This document shows positions 27,665-39,453 of a stretch of DNA of 64,000 nucleotides, piece after piece. Source of the stretch: an uncultured cyanobacterium (lineage in GTDB: Bacteria > Cyanobacteriota > Cyanobacteriia > PCC-6307 > Cyanobiaceae); assembly GCA_963697335.1 (NCBI GenBank), contig CAVONQ010000018.1, forward strand, positions 160,001 through 224,000, written 5' to 3'. Each line of letters opens with the position of its first letter. Position 1 is the first letter of the stretch. The notes under the pieces were generated by a model. It did no database searches. It worked only from the letters and a program-made list of their open reading frames with translations, and had not been told where the DNA came from. The position numbers and the translations under genes were made by a program.

Positions 27665-28313
27665 ATCGCAGGCAAATCGACCCTCAATGTCAAGAACCTT
27701 GAAGCCCTGGGGGCGGCACGGCTGGCAGAGCTGCTGATCACCCTCAGCCAGGGGAATGCCGCCGCCGATCCACGCGAGACGAACCGCCCGGTCGGACTCG
27801 AGGAGTGGCTCGATGCGCGCATCGCCGCACTGGAGGTACTGGATCGAGGCCAGGAGGCCCAGACGCTGCGCTGGGAGCATCTGGAGCGCTGCCTTTCAAT
27901 CCGGCAACTGCGTGACTCCCTCCAGCATCTGCCGGATTTCGAGGATGCGGCGGAAGAAGAGCGTGCCCTTGGCCAGGTGCTTGATCACCCCAGCTTCAAC
28001 AGGGCGCTCAGGTTCCTGCACCAGTGGCCCGATCGCCGCCGAGCAGTCCAGCTGATCCTGAGGCGCCAGGGCGAACTCGATGGCGACCACGTTATGTCTG
28101 AGGGCGATGATCGACTTCAGCCTGGAGCGGGCTCGTTCGACGCGCTATCGCCACGCTGCCCGGCACCTCGGCACCTGCCACAGCCTGGCCCCCGCCATCG
28201 GAGATTGGAGCGCCATGGTGGATCACAGGACCTCTATGGCCCGACTCAGGCAGGAGCATGGCCGCAAGCGTGGGTTCTGGAGCCTGGTGAGCGAGGTGCG
28301 GGTGCTGCCCTAA
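27665..28313 (+). pseudogene. DUF6880-type protein pseudogene (ATC start, large internal deletion, frameshift)
   Basis: KSTLNVKNLEALGAARLAELL joined to WLDARIAALE..EAQTLRW..LPDFED..WPD..ELDGDH, then in another frame LRAMIDFSLERARSTRYRHAARHL..HGRKRGFW. Confidence 0.7.
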
Positions 28314-28789
28314 AGCAACGACCCCTGATGCTCCACCGGCTCCAGTTGCGCTGTCGCGCCCCGCTCCTCCGCTTCGCCCGGCTTCACCTCCAGGGCCTGC
28401 TCGATCACCCTGTCGGTGAGGGCATCGAAGTAAGCAGAGAGGGTCTGCTGCAGCTCCTGGAATTCCGGCCAGAGCGTCTCATTCACGAAGGACCGACTGA
28501 GCCGCGCCATCACCGTGGTGCGCCGTTGACCGCGATACCGGTAGGGCTGGATGCCGTAGCGCCGCAACAGGGCCACGAACAGGTGCCGCGACCACTGGTC
28601 GGAGAGGGAGAAGCGGAACTCCACCGGGGGCTCCTCGGCAGCCAGTTTCCGCAGGCGGCCCTGGATGCGCTCGCGGGCCCGCTCGGCCGCCACCCGTTCG
28701 CCGTCGGTACCAGGCCTGGAGAACAGCGCCTCGATCCGCCGCAGTTTTTCCACCAGCTGCTGCTCCGGACCGTCCGGTGGCGCGCTCAC
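28310..28789 (-). CDS. Hypothetical protein with DUF2786-like N-terminus, typical of mobile regions
   Basis: KLRRIEALFSRPGTDGERVAA; DQWSRHLFVALLRRYGIQPYRYRGQRRTTVM; intact ORF. Confidence 0.7.
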   Translation of the reverse strand: MSAPPDGPEQQLVEKLRRIEALFSRPGTDGERVAAERARERIQGRLRKLAAEEPPVEFRFSLSDQWSRHLFVALLRRYGIQPYRYRGQRRTTVMARLSRSFVNETLWPEFQELQQTLSAYFDALTDRVIEQALEVKPGEAEERGATAQLEPVEHQGSLL

Positions 28790-28903
28790 GGTTCTGGGGC
28801 CGGCCGCAAAGCCTCCGGTGGCTCCTGGGGCAGTGGATCGGGCGCGGCGGGCGATGGTGCTCGACTCCCAAGCCTCGGCTCGCTAACCGTAGGCGTCTCC
28901 GAG

Positions 28904-29062
28904 ATGCGGCCAGCTCGCCTCACCGCGATCCACTCCGAGGCGGTGCGGATCCCGGCAGAGTTCGCCTACGAGCGCAGTGATCTCGAGCTGGCCCTCTTCC
29001 CAGTAGGTTTCATGGTGGATGGCCGGGGCGAGCAGGTTCAGGCTGATCGGCAGATGCTGTGA
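28904..29062 (+). pseudogene. VapB (AbrB-type) antitoxin remnant with internal deletion
   Basis: SEAVRIPAEFAYERSDLEL joined to FPVGFMVDGRGEQVQADR; GTGA overlap with the vapC remnant. Confidence 0.65.
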
Positions 29063-29290
29063 CACAGCGGCCCCACTCTCTGCTCGACACCAAGATCTGC
29101 ATCGACCTGATGAAGCGCCTGCCCCCCAGGTGGCGGAGCTGGAGTAAGGCACGATCGCCTCTGGCCCGGATACCGACCGGCATCGCGAGGTTCTGCAGTC
29201 GTTCCTGCTGGAGGTGCCGGTGGCCCCCCTCGATCAAAGTGGCACTGCGTCCTATGGCCCAGTGCGTTGGGCTACGCGCCAGCGCGGGGG
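29059..29290 (+). pseudogene. VapC toxin remnant
   Basis: LLDTKICIDLMKRLPP, frameshift, VAELE*G..HREVLQSFLLEVPVAPLD..ASYGPVR. Confidence 0.7.
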
Positions 29291-29301
29291 AGCTGCAGTA
29301 T

Positions 29302-29570
29302 GGGAGCTGCCCATGCATCAGGCCATCGCCTTCGCCCTTCAGCAGCAAGTGGCCTACGTGGATCAAACCGGCGCCCCCACCGGCAAGCGGATGGCGGCAA
29401 TGCCACCGGAAAGCGGGGCTGGCAGTGGGTCATGGTGACGGTGTTTGTGCAGGGCCTGAGCCGTTCAGCAGCCGCTGCGATCGCGCTGCTCGGGAACGCC
29501 TTTGGCGGGCTCGTGGTGAGCGATCGCTTCTCGGCTTACAGCCTCCTGCCCACCCAGCAGCGCCAGCGCC
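29302..29570 (+). mobile_element. IS66-family transposase internal fragment
   Basis: VAYVDQTGAPTG / ADGGNATGKRGWQWVMVT..LSRSAAAAIALLG..FGGLVVSDRFSAY..QRQ. Confidence 0.75.
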
Positions 29571-30082
29571 GAGTTCGGAGCGGAGCTGCTGGGCTGGACG
29601 GGCTTGTGGCGATCGATTCCTGGCCACGGCTGCGGCTGCAAGCCCCTGGGCAGGTACAGCGGGTGCATGGGATGGCCGTCCCGGCTGAGGCGCAGGCAAT
29701 GCAGGCATGGAAGCATCGCCGCCACGGCAGCAGCGCGCCCCCGATGCTGGCCGCCTACGCCCCAGGCGGCCACCCGTAGGGCGGCAACTCCGGCTACGGC
29801 CAGCAGGTGCTGGTCGTTATCGGGTCCGATGGGATTCGCCGCAGCCTTCATCGCCGCGGGCAGCGTGGCTCGGAAGGCGAACAGATTGGTCAGGAAGAGC
29901 CCCCCATAGCCCCAGTCCCTGGCGTAGCCGATGCAGCGCCGCACGGTCGGATCGTCACGGCTCGCGTCAGCGGTGCTTGGGTTCAGCCCGATGATCATCA
30001 CCACCCCCAGGGCTCCATCCCAGCGCCGCCAGAGCGTGTAGCGGTAGCGCTGGCAGGGGCTGAAGACGGCACGGCGATCCAT
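29465..30082 (-). CDS. DUF1643 domain protein; C-terminus reads into the IS66 remnant
   Basis: AVFSPCQRYRYTLWRRW, IGLNPSTAD..DDPTVRRC, NLFAFRAT, AAWG, HPMHPLY. Confidence 0.88.
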   Translation of the reverse strand: MDRRAVFSPCQRYRYTLWRRWDGALGVVMIIGLNPSTADASRDDPTVRRCIGYARDWGYGGLFLTNLFAFRATLPAAMKAAANPIGPDNDQHLLAVAGVAALRVAAWGVGGQHRGRAAAVAAMLPCLHCLRLSRDGHPMHPLYLPRGLQPQPWPGIDRHKPVQPSSSAPNSALALLGGQEAVSREAIAHHEPAKGVPEQRDRSGC

Positions 30083-30151
30083 CAAGCCATGTTGGCGGGG
30101 GTCGGGACCAGACAGGTCGGCCAGTGGTTCGCTGGTCTTTGACCCTGCCGC

Positions 30152-30532
30152 TCAGAGACCCTTGCGATCCAGCGCATCGACCAAGCGGGTCACTGCTGAG
30201 GCCAGCATGGCCTGGGTGTCGGGGGGCGCCACCGCCTCCTCCTTGCGCTTAGCCGCTTCGATGGCCCGCACGATCAGGAACACCACAAAAGCGATCACCA
30301 GGAAGTTGATGAGGGCCACGATCACGGCCCCAGCCGGCCACGCATTGATGGAATCCACATTGGCGGCCTTGAGGGCGGGCTCAAGCGCGCTGGTCATCAC
30401 CAGGCTCACCACCGCATCCACCACTTTGCCGAAGGCTCCACCGATCACCACCGCCACGGCGAGGTCGACCACGTTGCCTTTGTTGATGAAGTCCTTGAAG
30501 TCCGACAGAAGGCTGGGGCGGCGTGGGGCCAT
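30152..30532 (-). CDS. mscL: Large-conductance mechanosensitive channel
   Basis: DFKDFINKGNVVDLAVAVVIGGAFGKVV; INFLVIAFVVFLIV. Confidence 0.95.
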   Translation of the reverse strand: MAPRRPSLLSDFKDFINKGNVVDLAVAVVIGGAFGKVVDAVVSLVMTSALEPALKAANVDSINAWPAGAVIVALINFLVIAFVVFLIVRAIEAAKRKEEAVAPPDTQAMLASAVTRLVDALDRKGL

Positions 30533-30647
30533 GAAAACGTGAGTTCATTGACGGCCTAAAGCTACGGATATCTTCTATCCAGAATCCTATATCGATGGTT
30601 TTTGTCATCGTTAGCCCCCGAACAGATCCGATTTCTTGGTTCCGGCC

Positions 30648-32297
30648 TCAGGGCGGCGTGTCCTGATGGCGCTCGAGCAGGGCCTGCAGTCCGGTTTCGA
30701 TCGCCGGAGGGAGACTGATCTGCAGCCCCTCGCCGCCCAGGTGCAGGTCCCGCTGGGGGAAGGGCACGGTGATCCCCTGCTCCCGCAGGATGGCCTCGAT
30801 GCGGAAGTTCAGGTCGCTCACGATTTCGTACTGGCGCCGGGGCTCGCGGGTCCACACCAGCAGGGTGAAGTTGAGGGAGCTGTCCCCGAAGCTGCTGAAG
30901 AACACCTGGGGTGTCGGTGTCTGCAACACCGCTGGGTTGCCCTGGCAGGCGGCGATCAGGGCGTCGCGCACCGCTTCGGTGTTGGAGCCATAGGCCACCC
31001 CCACCGGCACCTGCAGCCGCGACACCGGGCTGCCGTGGCTCCAGTTCACCACCCGCGATTCAAGAAATTCCGAATTGGGCACGATGATCGTCACCCCGTC
31101 GAGGGTGGTCACCTTGGTGCTGCGCAGGCCGAGGCTGGCCACGCTGCCCTGCAGGTCGCCGATTTCCACGAAGTCGCCCACCTGGATCGGCCGCTCGAAA
31201 ATGATGATCAGGCCGCTGAGGAAGTTCTTGCTGATCCCCTGCAGGCCCAGGCCCACCCCCACCCCCAGCACGCTGGCGAACAGGGTGAGGGAGGTGAGGT
31301 CGAGCCCCCAGAGCTGCAGCAGCACCAAGCTGCCCACCAGCAGCAGGCCATAGCGGGCCACGAAGGCCACGGCCTCCTGCCCGCCTGCGCTCATGCCCGT
31401 GTAGCGCAGCACCCGTTGGCGCAGCAGGCCCTGCAGCACCCCCACCGCCTGGGCCAGCGCCACGAACAGCAGCAGCAGCACCGCCACGTCCTGGAGCGAG
31501 TAGCTGCGCTCCCCTAACGGCAGGAAGGGGGCCCCCAGCCAGCTGCGCGTGGCGGCCACCAGGCCGGCGCTGACCCGGCGGCTGGCGGGGAACAGGTCCA
31601 TGGCGGCCGCCGTGGCGCCGATCCACACGCCGGCCTGGAGCAGCCGCAGGGCGGCGCGCAGCAGAAAACGGCTGGAGCGGTCGCGGCGCTCGCCATCCGT
31701 GGCCAGGGGCGCCAGGGCCCGGGGGAAGCGGAGCTGCCACAGGCGCCGCAGCAGCAGGTGCAGACCCAGGGCCCCCAGCAGGATGGCCAGGGCCACCGGC
31801 AGCATCCGCAGCAGGTGTTCGGGGCTGCGCTCCCGCCGGGCGGTGGCGATGGCCTGCTCGAGCTGGCGCTGCCAGAGCTCAGCCTGATCCCGGGCCTCCA
31901 GCCCCTCGGCCACGTCCCGCTCGGTCACCGTCACCAGGGTGCGGTCGTTGAGGCTGAGCACGGGCAGGTTGTTGGCCTGGCGCACCTCCAGCTCTACCGG
32001 CCGGCCCGAGGCGATCGCCTCCTCCAGCCGCTGGTTCACGGTGGCGCTGCGCTGCTCGGCGCTCAGGGTGCGCGACGGCCAGAGTTCAAACAGTCGGCGG
32101 CCATCCAGCAGGATCGGGGCAGAGGCCGACGGCGGGTTGGCTCCTGCCCCCAGCTCCGCCAGGGCTGGGACCCCCAGATCAGCCAGCAGCAGCAGGCTCA
32201 CCAGCAGGCTGAACAGTGGGCGGAGCAGGGGCTTCAGCCGTGGGCGGAAGCGGGCTCTGGGCTGAGGCCCCAGATCCGGCCCGGTCCGCGCTGTCAT
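30648..32297 (-). CDS. MscS-family channel with N-terminal periplasmic domain
   Basis: Signal-like N-terminus, APILLDGRRLF domain, GVGVGLGLQGISKNFLSG, GDFVEIG, IIVPNS, VNWS, FGDSSL, PFPQRDLH. Confidence 0.92.
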   Translation of the reverse strand: MTARTGPDLGPQPRARFRPRLKPLLRPLFSLLVSLLLLADLGVPALAELGAGANPPSASAPILLDGRRLFELWPSRTLSAEQRSATVNQRLEEAIASGRPVELEVRQANNLPVLSLNDRTLVTVTERDVAEGLEARDQAELWQRQLEQAIATARRERSPEHLLRMLPVALAILLGALGLHLLLRRLWQLRFPRALAPLATDGERRDRSSRFLLRAALRLLQAGVWIGATAAAMDLFPASRRVSAGLVAATRSWLGAPFLPLGERSYSLQDVAVLLLLFVALAQAVGVLQGLLRQRVLRYTGMSAGGQEAVAFVARYGLLLVGSLVLLQLWGLDLTSLTLFASVLGVGVGLGLQGISKNFLSGLIIIFERPIQVGDFVEIGDLQGSVASLGLRSTKVTTLDGVTIIVPNSEFLESRVVNWSHGSPVSRLQVPVGVAYGSNTEAVRDALIAACQGNPAVLQTPTPQVFFSSFGDSSLNFTLLVWTREPRRQYEIVSDLNFRIEAILREQGITVPFPQRDLHLGGEGLQISLPPAIETGLQALLERHQDTPP

Positions 32298-32498
32298 GGC
32301 TTCTCGGCAGTGCCATCAGGTTAGGGACCAGACCGACAGGCCTCGGTAAACCGGGGTCAAACCGCAACATCGTTCGAAAAAGTAACATGAATTCAAACAT
32401 GATTAGATCTAACCCCAGAGGATTACCGACCCTTAATCAGTCGTTAGTGATCAAGGGCCTTGCCCTCTGAGAGGTTTGCTGGGTATGGGTCTCCACTG

Positions 32499-35400
32499 AT
32501 GGTTGCTTCCACGGATCGGCTGCTGAGAAGGCTGTTCAGGATTGATCGCAGAATCAGATCGATTGATTCCAGCCTGGCTGATTTACGCCAATCAGGCTCA
32601 GCCAGGCGTCGTCAACGCCGCCTCTCTGCTCGGCTTGAGGTGCTGCAATCCCGATTCCAGAGGGCAAATCGCCGCCTCAATCGTGCCAACCGTGAGCCCC
32701 TCGCAGGCGGCCTCAACGAGCTCCAGCAGAGTCAGCTGGCTCAGTGGCAGGCCCAGCTGGTTGTCAATCGACAGCAAAACCAGCTCATCAGCCAACAGCA
32801 GACTGAGCTTGAGCAGCTGCAGGAGCAGCTCCTGGTCAGCGAGCAACAGAGCCAGGAGGAGCGTGAGCAGCAGCGGCAACAGGCGCACTACGACGCTGAG
32901 CAACTTCGCAACCGGCTGGACCAGCTCCTCAGCCAGGTTGCTGTCAACAGGGATCTGGTGCCGGCAGATCCCCTGCTTGGCAGCCTCAACCTCTCGGCGC
33001 CAGGCAGCACCGGGGAACAGTTCCAGACTGAAATTTCGGCCTACGTGAGGATCGCTGACAAGCTCTTTTTGCTCTCCTCCGGTGGCGGTGGGACCCTCCA
33101 GGTCACCGATGCCACTGATCCAGCCTCGCCCCAGCTGCTGGAGCGGTTGAGCTATGGGGGCGGCTTTGTCAGCACTTCGGTGGCGGCCCATGGCGACCTC
33201 GTGGCCGTGGCGCTCACTCCCGTGGACTATGAGGACAATCCGGCCAAGGGAGTGGTGCGGTTTTTCCGCATCAACAGAAGCGGGCAGCTCAGCCCATTAC
33301 AGGATGTGGAGGTGGGCCATCTGCCTGATGGCATGGCCTTCAGTGGCGATGGCCTGCAGCTGGTGATCGCCAACGAAGCCCAGCCCAGCGGCGACTACGC
33401 CATCGACCCCGAGGGATCGATCGGCATCATCGATATCTCCAACCCCGGTCTCAACCCCCAGTTCACCTACACGGACCTGGGCTTTTCTGGCCAGGTTCTG
33501 CCTGATGAGCTGCGCATCTCCGGGCCTGCAGGCACCACGGCCGCCCAGGACATCGAACCGGAATTCGTTTCGATCCTGGGGGATCGCGCCTACGTCACGC
33601 TGCAGGAAAACAACGGCGTCGCCGTGGTGGATCTCAAGGCCCGGCGCATTGAAGCGATCCAGGCCCTTGGCAACGTGGACTACGGCCTTCAGGCGGTGGA
33701 CCTCTCCGACCGGGACGGTCCCGGCGGAAGCGAGGCCTTTGTGCCGCAGCTGGGCCAGGAGTTCCTAGGCCTGCGCATGCCCGATGGCGTCAGTGCCTTC
33801 ACGGCGCAGGGCCGCCGCTATTTCATCACCGCCAATGAGGGCGATGCCAGGGAGTACGGCGACTACGAAGACACCGATCGCAATGATGCGGCCCCCAATG
33901 GCCGGCTGGAAACGATCCTGGACACCAACGGCGCCCAGACCAACACCTCCCTGGGCAGCCGCTCGGTGAGCATCTTTGATGCCGAGAGCGGTGCTCTGGT
34001 GTGGGACAGCGGCACCAGCCTGCAGACCATCGCCGTCGCGGCCGGCACCTACGACGACGGCCGCAGCGATGCCAAGGGAGTGGAGCCCGAAACGGTGACC
34101 ACCGTGCAGATGGAGGGCCGCACCTACGCCATCGTGGGCATGGAGCGGGGCCTGCGCACCACCGTTGCCCTCTTTGACATCAGCAACCCCGCCGATGGCC
34201 GCTATGTAAGCCACCGGGTGATTGAGGGCAGCCTCTCCCCCGAGGGCCTGCTGGTGATCCCCGCCCAGGACAGCCCCACGGGCCGCAGCCAGCTGGTGGT
34301 GTCCAATGAGGTGAGTAACACCCTCGATCTGCTTGATCTGGGCGCCCTGCTGGATACCCCCGGCCCCGGCAGTGCGGGCTTCTTCCAGTCCGCCATGCTG
34401 AAGGACGTGGCGGGAGGGCCGCAGCTGCAGGTGACCAACCTGCTGACCAACGGTGAGTTCACCAATGGCCTGGAGGACGGAGCCAGCGTCTACACGCCGC
34501 CTGGAATCCTCGATGGTCTGGGCGCCTACGACAATGGCGATGGCACGTACACGGTGCTGGCCAACAGTGAGCTGGGCAGCAGCGTCGGTGTGCCCTACCT
34601 GGTGGGTGGTGTGGCCCTGCGGGGAGCTCGGATCAGCAAGCTGATCGTGGACAAGGACAGCGACGACGACGCCAGCAATGGCTATCAGTTGGCGGTGATC
34701 TCTGGCGGGATCGCCTACACCTCGATCGTGGATGCCGAAGGCAACCTGGTGACCGATGCGGCCCAGGTGAACGGTGGCTTCAATCGCTTCTGCTCCGGCA
34801 GCTTCGAGATGGCCAATCGCTTCGGCCCTGGTCGAGGTTTTGTGGATCCCATCTACCTCACCGGCGAGGAGGCGGATGAGGGTCTGATCTATGGGCTGGA
34901 CACCGCCGGCGAAACCCTTCACGCCGCCCCTGGTCTGGGCCGGGCGGGCTGGGAGACCGCGATCCAGGTGGACACCGGCAGTGCCAACACCGTTGGGGTG
35001 CTGCTGATGGACGACAACACGGCGCCCCTCTATCTCTGGGTGGGCACCAAGTCACGGGATCCGGGCGCCGGCTTCCTGGAGCGCAATGGCCTGGCGGCTA
35101 GCCAGGGCTCGCTGTACACCTGGGCTCCCACCGGGGGCAGCATCGGCACCAGCGCCGGGGATGACGGCGATCTCACCAATGGCGATCAAACCCTGGTGCC
35201 CGATTCCGCCGACCTCAATGCCCTGCCCCTGGGCACCGCAGCGGCCGGCAGTTGGCAACGGGTGGGCAGCGGCACCGAGGTGGCGGCGCTGGACGAGGCG
35301 ACCCTGCGCGCCACAGCCAACGGCCTTGGTGCCCTGCAGCTCAGCCGCCTGGAAGATGCCAGCATCAACCCCCTGAATGGCCAGCAGGTGGTGTTGGCCA

Positions 35401-36053
35401 CCACGGGCAATGCAGCTTTTGCTGGGGCGGACACCTTCGGCAATCTGATCAGCCTCGATCTCGGCGCCGCCTTCAACGCCGAAGGTCAGATTCAGGACGG
35501 CAATGCCACCGATCTCGCCGTGATCTATGACGGCGACCGTGAAGTGGCCAGCTGGGATGCCGCCAATGGCAACAACGATGGCGCGATCGATCCCGGCCAG
35601 GAAGCCGCCTTCGGCGCCACGATCATCCGCAACCCGGACAACCTCACCTGGTCTGCCGACGGCTCGATCTACGTCCAGGAAGACCGCTCCGTGCCGGCCG
35701 GCTTCTTTGGCCAGGAGGAGGCTTCGATCTGGAAGGTGAACCCAGGCGAAAAGGCTATCGATCCCATCACTGGCCTCCCCAGCGGCCAGGCCAAGACCGA
35801 ACGCTGGGCCCAGATCGACCGCTCAGCCGTGCCCACGGCCTACGGCCAGAGCGATGCCAGCGCCGCTGACCCGGGCAACTGGGAATCCTCAGGGATCATC
35901 GATGTCTCGCCCCTCTACGACCAGGCAGCGGGGAGCACCTTCCTGGCGGATGTGCAGGCCCACAGCCTGCGCAATGGCAGCATCGGCGGCGACGCCAACC
36001 TGGTGCAGGGCGGCCAGCTCAACCTCATTGAGCAGAGCCCGCCACTGGTCTGA
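32499..36053 (+). CDS. Large multidomain protein: coiled coil + choice-of-anchor-I propeller + PhoX/DUF839-like domain (putative phosphatase)
   Basis: GHLPDG, ANEAQPS..DPEGSIGII, EPE, VTLQENN, MPDG, TANEGDAR, DGRSDAKGVEPE, SPEGL, NEVSNT; then DGLGAY, RFCS, GEE, NPDNL, VQED, WESSGIIDVS, DVQAHSL, QGGQL. Confidence 0.75.
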   Translation: MVASTDRLLRRLFRIDRRIRSIDSSLADLRQSGSARRRQRRLSARLEVLQSRFQRANRRLNRANREPLAGGLNELQQSQLAQWQAQLVVNRQQNQLISQQQTELEQLQEQLLVSEQQSQEEREQQRQQAHYDAEQLRNRLDQLLSQVAVNRDLVPADPLLGSLNLSAPGSTGEQFQTEISAYVRIADKLFLLSSGGGGTLQVTDATDPASPQLLERLSYGGGFVSTSVAAHGDLVAVALTPVDYEDNPAKGVVRFFRINRSGQLSPLQDVEVGHLPDGMAFSGDGLQLVIANEAQPSGDYAIDPEGSIGIIDISNPGLNPQFTYTDLGFSGQVLPDELRISGPAGTTAAQDIEPEFVSILGDRAYVTLQENNGVAVVDLKARRIEAIQALGNVDYGLQAVDLSDRDGPGGSEAFVPQLGQEFLGLRMPDGVSAFTAQGRRYFITANEGDAREYGDYEDTDRNDAAPNGRLETILDTNGAQTNTSLGSRSVSIFDAESGALVWDSGTSLQTIAVAAGTYDDGRSDAKGVEPETVTTVQMEGRTYAIVGMERGLRTTVALFDISNPADGRYVSHRVIEGSLSPEGLLVIPAQDSPTGRSQLVVSNEVSNTLDLLDLGALLDTPGPGSAGFFQSAMLKDVAGGPQLQVTNLLTNGEFTNGLEDGASVYTPPGILDGLGAYDNGDGTYTVLANSELGSSVGVPYLVGGVALRGARISKLIVDKDSDDDASNGYQLAVISGGIAYTSIVDAEGNLVTDAAQVNGGFNRFCSGSFEMANRFGPGRGFVDPIYLTGEEADEGLIYGLDTAGETLHAAPGLGRAGWETAIQVDTGSANTVGVLLMDDNTAPLYLWVGTKSRDPGAGFLERNGLAASQGSLYTWAPTGGSIGTSAGDDGDLTNGDQTLVPDSADLNALPLGTAAAGSWQRVGSGTEVAALDEATLRATANGLGALQLSRLEDASINPLNGQQVVLATTGNAAFAGADTFGNLISLDLGAAFNAEGQIQDGNATDLAVIYDGDREVASWDAANGNNDGAIDPGQEAAFGATIIRNPDNLTWSADGSIYVQEDRSVPAGFFGQEEASIWKVNPGEKAIDPITGLPSGQAKTERWAQIDRSAVPTAYGQSDASAADPGNWESSGIIDVSPLYDQAAGSTFLADVQAHSLRNGSIGGDANLVQGGQLNLIEQSPPLV

Positions 36054-36074
36054 GGCCCACGTCAGCCGCCGCCG

Positions 36075-38676
<2,602 letters not shown>

Positions 38677-38731
38677 AGGCCGGTGAATCTGTGTTGAATG
38701 GCCCCAGAGTCTGACTGACCAGGCCCCCGGC

Positions 38732-39301
38732 GTGCCGCTAGAGCCCCTGCTGCCGCTGTTCCACCGGTTGAACCGGGAGCACTTCGAGGCCCGCCTCGCC
38801 CCCGGCGGCGTGCCCCTGCTCGACCTGCGCTGGAGCGATGGCCGCATGCGCCGCACCGCCGGCCTCTACCGCCGCGGGCGCCGCGCCGACGGCCGCGACC
38901 TCTGCGAGATCGTGCTGTCGCGGCCGCTGCTGGATCCCCTGCCCCGGGAGGCCCTGCTCAGCACCCTCTGCCACGAGATGATCCACGCCTGGGTGGACCG
39001 GGTGCTGCAGGTGCGGGAGGTGCATGGCCCCCACTTCCGCGCCCGCATGGCCGCCATCAACGCGGCCCAGGCGGACTTCCAGGTGAGCCTGCGGCACCGC
39101 TACCCCCTGCCGGGCGGCGCCACGGCCGCCAGCCGCTGGCTCGCCCACTGCCCCCGCTGCGGCGTCACAGCCCCCTACCGCCGGCGGGTGCGCGGGCTCG
39201 CCTGCCGCGCCTGCTGCGAGCGCCACCACGGCGGCCGCTGGCACGCCAGTTGCCTGCTGGACTTTCGCGAGGCGGCCAGCCCCCCTGCAGAGGGTGTCTA
39301 A
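38732..39301 (+). CDS. SprT-family zinc metalloprotease
   Basis: FHRLNREHF, MRRTAG, TLCHEMIHAW, HGPHF, CPRC..CRAC. Confidence 0.88.
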   Translation: MPLEPLLPLFHRLNREHFEARLAPGGVPLLDLRWSDGRMRRTAGLYRRGRRADGRDLCEIVLSRPLLDPLPREALLSTLCHEMIHAWVDRVLQVREVHGPHFRARMAAINAAQADFQVSLRHRYPLPGGATAASRWLAHCPRCGVTAPYRRRVRGLACRACCERHHGGRWHASCLLDFREAASPPAEGV

Positions 39302-39453
39302 GGTCAGCCCGCTGTGGCCTCGGCGTGGACGTCTTTCTCTGGACCCTGCAATTCGCGGGCATCGGCATCGCGCTGGTGGGCCTGCGCCGCGAGCGCTGGC
39401 TGGCGGCGCGCCGCCGCTGAGGGCCGATAGCGTGGGCGCAATGGTGTTGCCCC

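Noticed and set aside
27395..29062. 555-aa ORF spanning the valS end to the vapB relic
   Set aside because: Chance concatenation of off-frame valS, DUF6880 relic, antisense sequence and vapB relic; not a single gene
32408..32450. Pho box upstream of the putative phosphatase
   Set aside because: Only one good half-site (CTTAATCA at 32432); the neighbours at 11-bp spacing match poorly, so it is not called
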